Source: a virus
IMG/VR virus record: IMGVR_UViG_3300005511_000001
Length of the DNA stretch: 64,000 nt
Direction: 5' to 3' (one strand)
Position 1 is the stretch's first letter. The number at the start of each line of letters is the position of its first letter. The notes beneath the pieces were generated by a model. It did not search any database, was not told where the DNA came from, and worked only from the letters and a program-made list of their open reading frames with translations. The translations under genes and the position numbers were made by a program. Of this stretch, positions 1-10,600 are shown one piece after another.

Positions 1-1
1 T

Positions 2-538
2 CTCGTCAGACATCCATTCAAGGTGGCAGTCCACGAGGCGGCCGGCGGGGAATGTCGATATCTGGTGATGGTGCACCTCGGCACAAAGTGTGTGGCGATG
101 GAGCGAGGTAACGTAGTCCGTACCCACCACCAACTTGCCGCGGGTACCACTCGAATCCCGAATGCCGCTCTTGGGGATGGGCGCACCGTTCTGGCAGGTA
201 TCTTTGACCCTGAAACCAATTGCATTGTCGGGCACCCATAGTTTGCAAACCCACGTTTGGGCCACACCTCGCGGCCGCCCCACTGCATCCTTCACCTCCT
301 CAATCCCGCTCAGCACCAGGTTCCAGCCCTGCAGCTTCACCAGCTTTGGCAGCACCAGCTGGGCCAGGATGCGCTGCACGCCAATCGGTTGTAGGCGCGC
401 GACTTTCGCCGGCCGGCGGTTGCCTTCTAGTGTCACCTCGACCACCAGCAGCTCCAGTAACATCGCGCCATCGACCACCGGCAGCGCGTCAGCCAGCGCC
501 GCGCCATCCTCTCGCCGCCTTGAAGCCCAAACCTTCAT
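2..538 (-). CDS. SOS-controlled hypothetical protein, partial (runs off left edge; absent from ORF track)
   Basis: Manually translated: ATG at 538 with GAGGT SD, MKVWASRRREDGAAL...LAQLVLPKLVKLQGWNLVLSGIEE..., no stop down to position 2. Confidence 0.8.
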   Translation of the reverse strand, partial: MKVWASRRREDGAALADALPVVDGAMLLELLVVEVTLEGNRRPAKVARLQPIGVQRILAQLVLPKLVKLQGWNLVLSGIEEVKDAVGRPRGVAQTWVCKLWVPDNAIGFRVKDTCQNGAPIPKSGIRDSSGTRGKLVVGTDYVTSLHRHTLCAEVHHHQISTFPAGRLVDCHLEWMSDE

Positions 539-554
539 TATTACCTCGAATAAA

Positions 555-574
555 TACTGTATGCACATACAGTA
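555..574. promoter_or_regulatory. LexA (SOS) box between divergent genes
   Basis: TACTGTATGCACATACAGTA = CTGT-N8-ACAG, near-perfect palindrome, followed by TATAAT. Confidence 0.9.
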
Positions 575-632
575 TAATCAAAGCATCGAGAACGCGCTAT
601 TATTTGCTTATCAACATAGAGGACTTCCAGCC

Positions 633-1334
633 ATGTGCGTGAACTTCCGCCCTCCCGATCCTGAAATGCTCGACGCGGTCATGGGCGTCATCATCGACTT
701 GCACGACACTGGATTCTGGAAAACCGAAACATGGAAGGATTACAGCGCGCCGATAGTGCGCCGCGGCCCCCATGGGAAACGCGAGGGCCTGCTGGCCAGC
801 TACGGCATGGTGCCGCGCAAACGCATTCCTCCCGGCGTGCGGCCGTTCGACACCATGAACGCGCGCGCCGAGACTGTAGGCCAGCTGCGCTCATTCTCGG
901 GCCAGTGGAGAAAGTCGCAACTATGCCTAGTTCCTATGACCGCGTTCTACGAGCCAAACTACGAGAGCGGCAAACCGGTACGCTGGGGCATCGGCATGGC
1001 CGACCAGTCGATGTTCGCCGTAGCCGGCCTGTGGCGAGAGTGGGATGGCGAGACCGGCCCGGAGCACAGCTTCACGCAGCTTACGATTAACGCTGACGAC
1101 CATCCTGTGATGAAGCGCTTTCACAAGCCCGGCGATGAAAAGCGCGCCCTGGTGATCGTGCCTCAGGCAGAATGGGATGATTGGCTCGACTGCAATGATC
1201 CAGAGTACGCGCGTGGCTTCCTGCGCCACTACCCAGCCGAGCTGATGCGGGCGTGGGAATTCCCGGCTCCACCGCGCGCGAAGAAATCCGAACCAAATAC
1301 GCCGGCGCCAGACACGCAATTGGGATTGCTATGA
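633..1334 (+). CDS. yedK: SOS response-associated peptidase (SRAP/YedK/HMCES abasic-site crosslinking protein)
   Basis: Start MC (catalytic Cys2), motifs MNARAETV, FYEP, AVAGLW, SFTQLTINAD, H..M.RFH...DEKR; GAGG SD before ATG 633. Confidence 0.92.
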   Translation: MCVNFRPPDPEMLDAVMGVIIDLHDTGFWKTETWKDYSAPIVRRGPHGKREGLLASYGMVPRKRIPPGVRPFDTMNARAETVGQLRSFSGQWRKSQLCLVPMTAFYEPNYESGKPVRWGIGMADQSMFAVAGLWREWDGETGPEHSFTQLTINADDHPVMKRFHKPGDEKRALVIVPQAEWDDWLDCNDPEYARGFLRHYPAELMRAWEFPAPPRAKKSEPNTPAPDTQLGLL

Positions 1335-1561
1335 GCGAAGAGATGAAAGACGGCCGCCCTCCGCTGGGCAGCTTGGTGCGCATGATCGCTTATCCTGATG
1401 GGCAGATCATGGAGGTGACGAATTCTGCGCTCGGCGAGCAGCACGATTGGGAGGGAGTGAGGAACGGGATACTTTGCGAGTGGGTGGTTGATGGCGAGCC
1501 GCGATTTGAGGTGTTCAGGCCTGGCCAGCTGGTGGTCGTAGGCAGCGCACCGGCGCGCTAA
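1331..1561 (+). CDS. Small beta-barrel protein, DUF2158/YodC-like
   Basis: ATGA overlap with SRAP stop; GSLVRM...MEV...LCEW...EVF..GQL pattern. Confidence 0.6.
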   Translation: MSEEMKDGRPPLGSLVRMIAYPDGQIMEVTNSALGEQHDWEGVRNGILCEWVVDGEPRFEVFRPGQLVVVGSAPAR

Positions 1562-2112
1562 ATGAGTTCCGCTTCCGCGTCACGCCGCAGCACCAAGCCC
1601 CGCAGCACACGGCCGGCGGCGAACTTCCACTTGCGAATCTCGGCGGGAACCTCCGACCAGCGGCCAGCGTTGATCCGGCGCCGCATGGTCGACGCCTTCA
1701 AGTTGCCAGCGCCGAGGTTATAGCACCAGTCGATGATCGCAGCGAGGCGCTCCGGAGTATCGATTCCCGGACAAAGCCGACGAACAGCCGGCAGATAGAC
1801 GTCGCGTATCTGCAGCACCAGTAGCCGCTCGGCTTGCGCCTTGGTGATCGGTGGATCCATCAGCGTAACGGCGCGGCCGTCGGCGTAGTGCGTGGTGCCG
1901 TATCCAATCGACGGCACTCCAGCCGGGCACAGGTAGGGATGCAAGAACAGCCCCTCGAAGCGCCGGCCCAGCGCCGCGGCGATATCGATCGCCATCTGCT
2001 CGTTATCCTTTGGCTGCTCAGTCATCGCCATCGGCGCGCTTGCCGACGCCGGCGTGGCCGCACTGCCCTGCATCCATGCCCGGGCCCGGGCGAGCAAGTC
2101 GGCGGCGGCCAT
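1558..2112 (-). CDS. Phage endolysin, GH24 lysozyme
   Basis: FEGLFLHPYLCPAGVPSIGYG, YNLGAG, STM.R.IN, RGLV.RR..E motifs; TAATG overlap with upstream gene. Confidence 0.93.
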   Translation of the reverse strand: MAAADLLARARAWMQGSAATPASASAPMAMTEQPKDNEQMAIDIAAALGRRFEGLFLHPYLCPAGVPSIGYGTTHYADGRAVTLMDPPITKAQAERLLVLQIRDVYLPAVRRLCPGIDTPERLAAIIDWCYNLGAGNLKASTMRRRINAGRWSEVPAEIRKWKFAAGRVLRGLVLRRDAEAELI

Positions 2113-2576
2113 TATTTGCCTCGCTTGAACAGTGCGCGGTCGGCGAGGTAGATGCCCAGCGCGGCGCCGCAGACAGACCAGCCGTTCTCGTCCAGCACCC
2201 ACCACTTGAAGTAGTGGCCGCTGATCATGCCCACCGACCAGGTGGCCACGGCCGGCCGGATAATGCCGTTCCACAGATCGACCAACCATACACCGGTGGC
2301 CGTTGTGGTGCCGCGCACGGCCGTCAGCCAGCCGTCGGCCTCGATGCGTGAGATATCGGCCTCGCCCTGCACGCGGATAGTCTGAACACCCAGCTCGGCC
2401 TGCAAGCGTATGGCGTCTTGGTTGCGCAAGTGCGCGGCGGCGTCAAGTTCACCCTGCAGGCGCATGCGCTCGATTTCGTGGGTATGGTCTTGCCGGGCAG
2501 TCAGCCAGGATGACAACTCGCCCCAGATCATGCGGAAGACAGAGCCCCCGAGGAAGGAAATAAGTGCGGACAGCAT
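2112..2576 (-). CDS. Putative holin (3TM/GTA-holin-like)
   Basis: Hydrophobic N-terminus, coiled coil, W...IRP.VATW and C-terminal hydrophobic segments; directly upstream of lysozyme. Confidence 0.6.
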   Translation of the reverse strand: MLSALISFLGGSVFRMIWGELSSWLTARQDHTHEIERMRLQGELDAAAHLRNQDAIRLQAELGVQTIRVQGEADISRIEADGWLTAVRGTTTATGVWLVDLWNGIIRPAVATWSVGMISGHYFKWWVLDENGWSVCGAALGIYLADRALFKRGK

Positions 2577-2589
2577 CAGAAGACTCCTT

Positions 2590-2892
2590 TCATTTCTTCG
2601 CGCGCTCGAGCGTGTCGATGCGCAGTGTGAGATTGTCGTTGGCACGCTCCAGGCCGAAGATCTTGTCGCGCAGGCCGTCGATGCGCGTATCGCGATCATC
2701 GAGGCGCTTCTCCAGCTTCTGGTTTGTGATGACTAACTGGTCCAACTTGTTCGACTGGCCGGCGATATTCCAGAGGGTCGCGCCAAGCATAAAAACAATG
2801 GTGGCGGCCGAGCTCAGCAGCCACGAAAGCGGGACTCTCATATCCACGAATTGGCGATCCTTTTCTTCGGTTGTGGTAGAGCGTGGGCTCAT
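2590..2892 (-). CDS. Membrane-anchored coiled-coil lysis-region protein
   Basis: Single TM (WLLSSAATIVFMLGATLW) followed by heptad coiled coil. Confidence 0.65.
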   Translation of the reverse strand: MSPRSTTTEEKDRQFVDMRVPLSWLLSSAATIVFMLGATLWNIAGQSNKLDQLVITNQKLEKRLDDRDTRIDGLRDKIFGLERANDNLTLRIDTLERAKK

Positions 2893-3146
2893 TGGGTGAC
2901 CTCCACCTCGCTGGCCGGCGGCACCTTCGGCACGAAATTGACGCCATTCCAGGTGTAGTCCGACGCAATGAAGCCAGCCGGCACCTCGATGTTGAGCAGT
3001 TCGTATGCGCCGATCACGCAGACCGGCAAGTCAGCGCCGGGCGCGTTATCTGGTGTGCCGGTGGACCAAGCTCGCAGCCGGTCGCCCAGCTCTTCTATGC
3101 GCCTAAACGGGCCGAACAATCCTGCGTCGGAGGAGATAATCGTCAT
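2889..3146 (-). CDS. Small tail-fibre-associated protein
   Basis: Coupled overlap after the tail fibre gene; 85 aa. Confidence 0.55.
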   Translation of the reverse strand: MTIISSDAGLFGPFRRIEELGDRLRAWSTGTPDNAPGADLPVCVIGAYELLNIEVPAGFIASDYTWNGVNFVPKVPPASEVEVTQ

Positions 3147-5293
3147 GCGAGCCTCAGTTTCTGAATGTGGAGGTTGAGGGATGGTGCTGAACCGCTGGCC
3201 GCCCAGAGAACATCGTTTTCCTCCGAGAGGCTTGTGTAGTTGAGCGGCGTATTAATGAAGCGGACGGGCCCGACGGTCGCCTCGGCAAAGCCGCCGACGC
3301 AGTCGTACTGCAGGCTCGCCTTCGTGCCATCGAGTACCGCCATCACGCGGCTGGAGCTGCGCATGGTTGATCGCGCCTTGCTGGACTTTGGGTACAGCGG
3401 GTCATTGGCGGCGAGAGCTTGGCCGAAAGTCGCCATGCCCGGCATGCGCCATTCGTCGATGGCATTGTCCGGGTTGAGGTAGACCACGTCCGCCGCGCTG
3501 GCCAGCTGCCACTGACGCCCCATCAAGTAGACGGGCACATGCGCGGCGGACATGTAGCCGGTGGCGGTCGCCGCCGCGGTCGGCGTACCGCTCGGGAACG
3601 AGACCGACGTAAGCTCCGAGAGGAACCTGCCGCTCGCGTCGGTACCCGACACGGCCACCTGCAGGTTCGCGCCGGCCAGATCGAATGCCATGCTGCCGGT
3701 GGCAAAAGTATTGATGGTGGTGATCAAAGTCTGCACGATCAGCTGACTGGAGAAGGCGGCCACGGTGCCGCTCAGGCTCAGGCGCGCCACGCTGGCCTTG
3801 GTATTTGTCAGCGATACAGCCCACAGCGCGTTGGTGCTGTCATAGCGCACCGCGAGGCCGGAGTTGCTGGTGATGGTGGTCGTGGCAGAGGTGCCCGGTG
3901 TGAGCGTGGTATTACTTGGCGTCAAAGTCAGCGGCTTAGCCGTCAACACCGTGCTGCTAGTCGTGGCCAGCGCAATGACGTTGTCGGTACCCGCCACCGG
4001 CAACACGGCACCCCACGATCCCGTCGTAGTGGTGGTATTCGGAGACGCGGAGACGGAAACCGAGGTGCCGCCAGAGATGAGCACACCATATACCGCGAGC
4101 GAGGTGGTCGAAATCATCGTGGCGAGAACGAAGCCGGTACTCAGCGTGCCGACAGGAAGCAGGTCCACAATCCGTGCCGCCGCAGAGCCCAGTGTGGTCG
4201 CCGTCGGCGAGTTCGGGGTCAGGCCGGCCCCGGAGATTTGCAGTACCATCGTCTGCAGCGCGGTGGTACCTGCCGGGCAGGATGCAATTAGTACGTCGTC
4301 AGCGCCATTGTGCAACGCGGCCACCCCAACGGTCGCATCCTCGCCGGCGGCACTCATTGCCGCACGGATCAGCACCGAGGTGCCGAAGTTGCCACTGGAA
4401 TCAACTACCACTGCATGCAGCGATGCACCGTGCACCAGCAGTAGCGTATTGCCGCTATCGAGCTTGAACGATTTGATGTAGATTCCGCTGGTGCCTGCCA
4501 CGACGGAACTGAACGCGACCTTCGCCATCACGTCGGTACCATACGACCGGCCGCCGGCGCTCTCGAGAATGCCATTGACAGCATGCAGCCGGACTTCTTT
4601 GCGCGGCCCCATATACGCGAACGTGCCACCGCTCACGGCGCTGTCTACACGCACATCATGCCCGTAGCCACCGGTGACATTTTGCAGCACAAGCGCATCC
4701 GGACCCGGGATGCTCGTCACGTTCTCGTCTACAGAATAAGCTGCACCAGGCCCAGCTGCTGCCATGCTTTGATAGCGCTGCGCGACAGGCGTGTTGATGA
4801 AGCTCGAGCTGCTCGACTGAAGCGAGTTGCCCGTATCGCGAGCCCCGGGTGCCGAGAGCGTGATAGTCCAATTGTTGTATGTCCCACCACCGGCTGCACG
4901 GGTCACGGAAACAACGAGGACACCAGTTGCCGAGTTATAGGATGTGACGGCGCCATTCATCCAGGTGGTGCTGGGCGTGGACGTCCGCGCGATCGTAACC
5001 CACATCCCTGGCACGATCGACTTGCCGGTTTGGATGGTGAAAGTCTTGGTGCCGGAGGAATTGCTAACCGAGCTTGTAGACGTCGCGCTCGTGTTCGGTG
5101 CCGCGATAGCCGCTGCCGCGCTGAGCGCCGCCGCTGTCTCAGACCCTGCGGCTGCGGTGACACGCGCCAGGAGCTCAATCAAGGAATCCTGAATCATCGG
5201 GAAGAAGTATTCGGAACTCCCTCCGTCGTTCATATCCTTCGCGGTCGAGCCGTCGTCGGAGTAGGTGTTGCCATTTACAGTGACTTGAGTCAT
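3143..5293 (-). CDS. Tail fibre / receptor-binding protein
   Basis: 716 aa, Thr/Ser/Ala/Gly-rich beta-type sequence, last large gene of the tail module. Confidence 0.75.
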   Translation of the reverse strand: MTQVTVNGNTYSDDGSTAKDMNDGGSSEYFFPMIQDSLIELLARVTAAAGSETAAALSAAAAIAAPNTSATSTSSVSNSSGTKTFTIQTGKSIVPGMWVTIARTSTPSTTWMNGAVTSYNSATGVLVVSVTRAAGGGTYNNWTITLSAPGARDTGNSLQSSSSSFINTPVAQRYQSMAAAGPGAAYSVDENVTSIPGPDALVLQNVTGGYGHDVRVDSAVSGGTFAYMGPRKEVRLHAVNGILESAGGRSYGTDVMAKVAFSSVVAGTSGIYIKSFKLDSGNTLLLVHGASLHAVVVDSSGNFGTSVLIRAAMSAAGEDATVGVAALHNGADDVLIASCPAGTTALQTMVLQISGAGLTPNSPTATTLGSAAARIVDLLPVGTLSTGFVLATMISTTSLAVYGVLISGGTSVSVSASPNTTTTTGSWGAVLPVAGTDNVIALATTSSTVLTAKPLTLTPSNTTLTPGTSATTTITSNSGLAVRYDSTNALWAVSLTNTKASVARLSLSGTVAAFSSQLIVQTLITTINTFATGSMAFDLAGANLQVAVSGTDASGRFLSELTSVSFPSGTPTAAATATGYMSAAHVPVYLMGRQWQLASAADVVYLNPDNAIDEWRMPGMATFGQALAANDPLYPKSSKARSTMRSSSRVMAVLDGTKASLQYDCVGGFAEATVGPVRFINTPLNYTSLSEENDVLWAASGSAPSLNLHIQKLRLA

Positions 5294-6153
5294 CAGATAA
5301 GTTCCTTCAGTTCGAAGCCGACGTTGTTGCGGGAGTGAGTGGGGTATTCGATGGGGCTCAGCGTGCGCATGCGTGCAAGGAACTGGCGCCGGATGGCATG
5401 GATCGTGTCGGCAGGGTCATGGATCCAGAGCACCTCCTGATCGACGCCGCCCTGCCCTTGAATCTCGAAGGCGTTGGAAAAAATCTCGTCTTCGTCGAGC
5501 AGGTTCAGTGCGACCTTCTGGATCCGGGTCGGATATCGATGCTGGTAGTACTCCGCGCCGCTCAAGGCCGCATAGACTTCGGTCGTGGTTTCCCATCCGA
5601 GCGAAGTCCCGTCGTAGCTCATGTTGATGCTCGGCTGCCAGGCGTCGCCGATGAACATGCGACCGATCTGAATAAAGCCAGCAGGGTTCGCTGAATCATC
5701 GAACTCGATCAGCCAGTACCTGGTGTACTTGGAAGCCGGCATGATGTGGATCAGCTCGGATACGTAGCGCTTGCGCTGCTCGGCCGTGTACGTCCGGCTC
5801 CACCAGCCCTCATCCTTCCAGTCCAGCGTGTTGAGGCCGTAAATGACCTTCCAGACCCTCGTCCATCCGGAATCGTAAATGGCAGTGGCGTAGCTCGCAT
5901 CACTGAATGCACGCGCGCGAAACTTCGACTTGATCGACAGGTTGTGGTACCGCCAACTGAGCAGCCGGACCTTGCGGTTCGCGCCAAGGTCCAATTTGAA
6001 TTGCGTGCTGGTCAGAGCCAGATCAGCCGAGCGCGCCACGTCACCCAGCGTGCGAGTCTGCAGCTTTTTTAGCGGCAGCGAGGGCATCCACGAACCTCCA
6101 GTCAATGCGCCGGCGTCGATGCGATTGGGGAACCCGATCATGCAATTAGCCAT
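5293..6153 (-). CDS. Tail tip / distal tail structural protein
   Basis: 286 aa between hub-like gene and fibre; aromatic-rich beta-sandwich-like sequence. Confidence 0.65.
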   Translation of the reverse strand: MANCMIGFPNRIDAGALTGGSWMPSLPLKKLQTRTLGDVARSADLALTSTQFKLDLGANRKVRLLSWRYHNLSIKSKFRARAFSDASYATAIYDSGWTRVWKVIYGLNTLDWKDEGWWSRTYTAEQRKRYVSELIHIMPASKYTRYWLIEFDDSANPAGFIQIGRMFIGDAWQPSINMSYDGTSLGWETTTEVYAALSGAEYYQHRYPTRIQKVALNLLDEDEIFSNAFEIQGQGGVDQEVLWIHDPADTIHAIRRQFLARMRTLSPIEYPTHSRNNVGFELKELI

Positions 6154-6156
6154 TGA

Positions 6157-7686
6157 TCAACCCCATACTGTAAAAATGATCTTGTTTGTCGCCAGTTCAG
6201 GACGGCGGCCGACGACGCGGAACAACTTCCCTGCACTGAGGCCAAAGCGCGGCAGTGTCAGCCGCGCCACGCTCATCAGCGAGACAGTCTTCCCATTCAG
6301 CTTGTCGAGCGAGATCGGCACATCGAAAATGTCTCGGCGCTTCTTGTGAAGCTGCAGTTGACGATCCGTTTCCGCACTCGCATCGGCCTCGTTGACGAGC
6401 AGTCCGTCGGCGGCCATGTCCGTCGCAAGCAAATGCTTCTTTTTGATATCAGAATCGGAAGACACTACAGTGCGACTCGCGGTGGCGAGGTAGGCACGGC
6501 GATCTGCCGTGACTGCCCCTGCGAGCCCGGACGTCTGCACCGACCAATTACGGCCGTACTTCATCGACACGCGCCAGACCGGCACATCGTTGTCACGCGC
6601 TGGGCGCCGCTCAATGCCGTCCAGAGTGTCGAAATCCTTCAACTCGATCAGGGGCGCGCCAGCTGGCTCGGCCAGTACGCCCATGCGCAATACGCCTAAC
6701 TCGTCAAAGCCATACCAGGCGCCAATGCTTGCAGCGACCATATCCATCGCCGACTGAATCGTGGTGCTCTCGTCGTTCAGCCATATTCCGACGGCCCCAG
6801 CACTGACCGCGTCGAGCGCAGTGACGTCAGCGGTCGAAATCTCAGGCCCAGACAGCGCGATGCCGGCGAGCCGGCGCAGGACCTGTGCAACCGTGCGGTC
6901 GGAAGGTCCGGCGCCTTGCGCGGCATCCGCAGTGACCAGGCCTGCAGGTACAGCACCAAGCTGAAAGAACCCTTCGGCCAAGCAGGTGTTGTAGGATCCG
7001 GAGGCCGGCGTCGAGGTCTGTAGTAGTTCTTTCGTGGCAAAGTCGCTGCCGAACGTCAGCTCGAGGCCGCTGTCGTACACCGCCGTGATGGCGGCCAGCG
7101 CCCCATCGTTCAGCTGATACGTCAGCTTCGAAGTGTTCGCCGGCACAGCGGGCACATTGAAGACCGCGCCGAACACGCGCGGCTTGACCTTCCCCATCAA
7201 ATCGGACGGGGTGCCCTCGAAGCCCAGCGGCAGGACGTTGGAGCCGGCGTAACGATTCGACAGCGCGGGTACGCTGAACAGGTACTGCTTGTCGCGCAGC
7301 CGAAACACCATCTCTCGCCAGTTGGCCTCGGGCTGCCCCTCGAGCGTTCCGGTGAAAATAGTCTGGAAGTCCGCCGGGTAAGCGCCACCAGTGCCGTAGC
7401 GGATAGTCACCACGCGGCCGTCGAAGCCGTAGTCGAGCCACTCATCGAACTGGCCGTCGACGTTGATGACGACGATTTCGCCGGTTTCCAGCTTCGTCGC
7501 GCCGCCAGTTGTCTTGCCGTCCGAATAGGCGTGCACGCCGATGCTGCCCGGCTCTTTCAGCGCCTGCTTAAAGGCCACGTTGGCAGGTGTATCGCTCGGC
7601 GCAGTGACAAAATGGTTGTCCGAGAGATACAGGGTCGTGAGGGTGCCTGCCGCATCGATCGCGGCAGTGATCTCGATCAGGATCAT
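6157..7686 (-). CDS. Tail tip / baseplate hub-like protein
   Basis: 509 aa directly after the tape measure gene. Confidence 0.65.
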   Translation of the reverse strand: MILIEITAAIDAAGTLTTLYLSDNHFVTAPSDTPANVAFKQALKEPGSIGVHAYSDGKTTGGATKLETGEIVVINVDGQFDEWLDYGFDGRVVTIRYGTGGAYPADFQTIFTGTLEGQPEANWREMVFRLRDKQYLFSVPALSNRYAGSNVLPLGFEGTPSDLMGKVKPRVFGAVFNVPAVPANTSKLTYQLNDGALAAITAVYDSGLELTFGSDFATKELLQTSTPASGSYNTCLAEGFFQLGAVPAGLVTADAAQGAGPSDRTVAQVLRRLAGIALSGPEISTADVTALDAVSAGAVGIWLNDESTTIQSAMDMVAASIGAWYGFDELGVLRMGVLAEPAGAPLIELKDFDTLDGIERRPARDNDVPVWRVSMKYGRNWSVQTSGLAGAVTADRRAYLATASRTVVSSDSDIKKKHLLATDMAADGLLVNEADASAETDRQLQLHKKRRDIFDVPISLDKLNGKTVSLMSVARLTLPRFGLSAGKLFRVVGRRPELATNKIIFTVWG

Positions 7687-7689
7687 CGG

Positions 7690-10600
7690 TTACGCCCTCG
7701 CCAGTTCGCGCTTGAGCTTCACGTTGTCTTCCGCGAGTGTGTCGAGCTTCTTCAGCGTTGCGACACCCACGGCACCTCGCTGGGTTTTGTCCGAGCGCAG
7801 TTCCGCAATCACCTCTTTCAACAACGAGGCGACCTCTGCGCTGGAGCTGGAATCAGACAGAGCAGCACGGGTCTGCGAAGCGGTGTACACCCGGCCTGTC
7901 TGACCAAAGTTCACCAGTTCAGGTCCCTCCTCTCCGACAAGCGACCAGCCATTCGCCAAACCTCCCTGGGCGTGAGGAGTCGGGTGCAGCGCCTTATATT
8001 CATCCGACCCGATAAAGCTGGCCGTCAGCTGGTCATAACTCATTCCACCTTGCACCATCTTCAGCCAATGGTCTAAGCCGGCCTGCTCGCCATGGCGGCC
8101 CAGCAGCGATACGTACAGGCCGTCAATGACGTCCAGCACTGCACTCTGTCCCTTGTCCGCAAGGCCTGAATCTCCAGGCCTTCCGGCAGCCTGATTCGCG
8201 CCAGCCAGCGCAATCATTGCCGCGCCAAGCTCCAGTGTCGCCTTCTGGAAATCCTGTACTGCCTTCGTGAGGGTATCGGTACTCTTGTCGAGTCCGAGCA
8301 CGTCGACTGCCATCTTGTCGAGAACATCAAGCTGCTGCTGAGCGATCGACGCCGCCGATTTCTGCGAGGCCAACTGCGTGGCTAAAACGCCCTGCACCTT
8401 GGCGTAGTCCCTCGAGTAGGCGTCCGTCGAGCCGTTGTATGCTCGCGAAGCCTGCAGCAGCGTTTGTGCCGCCGCGTTCTTTGCCTCCACCGTACTGGCT
8501 GCGTCGAACTGGCGCTGGGCCTCGAGATACTTCTGCTCCGGCGACAGCGTCGACAGGTCGCCCAGGTTCAGGCTGTCGATCAGCTTCTTCGTCGCATCCG
8601 CCTCTTGCATACGTTTATCGATGATGGATTGCAGGGCCGACCGCTCGCTTTCGTAGGCGCTTTGGGCATTACTCTTTGCGCTGTTGAAGCGGTTCAGCGC
8701 ATTGACCTGATCAGCCAGCGCACGGTTGGAGGCATCTATCGCCAGGCGCTGCTTGTTATATAGATCGATCGAGTTCAACGTCAGCTCATCGTACTGCTGT
8801 TGCAGGTCCTTGCGTTCGTCGGCAATCTCCTGCTCCGACTTGGTCAAGTCCTCGGTGGCCTTGTGCGTCTTCGCAAACGCATCAGCCAGCGCAAGAAGAG
8901 CGGCGTACTGCTGCGCGCCGGCCTCGGTGGCAAGTGCACCTGAGTTGGCCAGGCCCAGCACGTAGTCCTTGAACTTGTCGCGGGTGTCGAGACTTTGCAG
9001 CCCCATCGCCGCCAGCTGATCGGTGACATACTTCTGCACTGGCGCCAGTTGCTCCGCCTTAGTGAGGAAGTTCTGGTTGAACGAATTGGCCTGGTTGGCC
9101 AGCTTATCGATCCCGCCGACCAGTTCAATCAGGCGCCCGCGAGCCGCGATACTGGCGATGCCGGTGGCGCCGAACGTCGTGCCGCTGGCGGCCAAGATCG
9201 AATCGAGCTTGGCGTAGTCGCCGGCGAGACGAATCACGGTCTCAGCATACCCCTCGCCCACCTTGCGGAACTGGTCGAGCTGTGGGAACGCTGCAGCCGC
9301 GATCTCGTCCATCGACTTCGAAATCACGGAGTTGAGGGCGTCGGTCAGCGCGGTGCCGGTCAGACCTTTCAGCGAAACCTTCGTACTTTCCAGTGTGAGA
9401 TTGTCCAGCACCTTGGTCACATCAGCGGCCGAACCACCCATCGCCGTAGCGGCGGCCCGCAGCGACGTGTCGAGGTTGGTGAAGATCAGGCCAAACTGCT
9501 TCGACAGCTCGTCATTCAAGCCCTGCACTTCGACACGGTTGCTGGTCTTCTTGGACAGGCCGAAGAAGCTGGACTTGGTGGTGTCGACGCTTGCGTACTG
9601 ATCGAACCCGATACCCTGCTGCAGCGACCGGATGCTGCCACCGTATTGCAAGCCGGAGTCAACGATTTTTTGCGTAGTCTTTCCCCAGAACGATGCCAAG
9701 GCATTCGATAGTGGCTCCGTCCACTTCCCAACGCCAAGCGAGGTCAGCGTGGTCACCGCCGAAGTCACGCCGTTCCCGATCGATAGCACGCCCTCCTTCA
9801 CGCCGAAGCTGGAGCCATCGGTCAGGCCCGGAGTGCGCACCACCAAATTCGTTAGGCCGGTCATGGCCGATTCGATGTTCTGCAGAGCGGTCAGCATGCC
9901 TTGATTGATGGGCAGCATGTCGTTCGAATTTGTGGTCAACTGCTCAATCGAGCGGCGGATGGAATCAGATTTCGCCGAGCTGTCGCCGAAAACCGTACCA
10001 GTGCCTTGCGCCTTCTGGACGTCGGCGGCCGACTGCCCACCACCACCCCCGCTGCCACCGCTCAGCGCCACCCCGAGGCCGGTCACGATCGCGGCCATCG
10101 CGGCCATGCGGCCAAATGCCGAATATGGGTCGCCCTCGCCTTGAGTTAGCACGGCATTGACACCCTTGATGAGGCTGAGGGCGACCTCGGCGCTGTGCAG
10201 CAAGACCGATGCCGCGTGCATGGCCTGGTAGCCGCGCGATCCTTCGGCGAAGAAGCCTTGCGCCGCGGTGGTCATGTCCGCGTACGACTTGATTTGCGCG
10301 AGCGAACCATTCAACTGCGCCCGATTTATTGCTTCAATCTTTGCCGGATTGTCGTCTGCCAGTTTCTTCGCTGCTATCAAATCTTTCTGAGCGCGGAGTT
10401 GGCCTTCCACACCTTGGGCGTAGGCCTTGAACATGTCGCCAGCGGCCTTGCCGGCCTTGCCGAAGGCGTCGGTCAGACTATCGGAGATCATCTGGCCGGT
10501 ACGCTGCCAATCCTTGATCGCTTGGTCAGCAGCCTTGTCCTTGTACTGGATGGATTGCTGAATATCGAGGCCGGCGGCAATGCGCGCACGGGCAGCGCGC

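Noticed and set aside
135-632. 166-aa N-terminal extension of SRAP in the ORF track
   Set aside because: SRAP needs Cys at position 2; the SD lies before ATG 633, and the extension overlaps the real leftward gene and the LexA box
1-2000. Left attachment site (duplicate of the tRNA-Arg 3' end)
   Set aside because: No match to TGGCCTGCCCAGCTGGG seen by eye; the prophage end probably lies outside the window
3143-5293. Diversity-generating retroelement or tail-fibre shufflon driven by the serine recombinase
   Set aside because: No reverse transcriptase, template repeat or inverted fibre cassettes seen; the recombinase's sites map to Q instead
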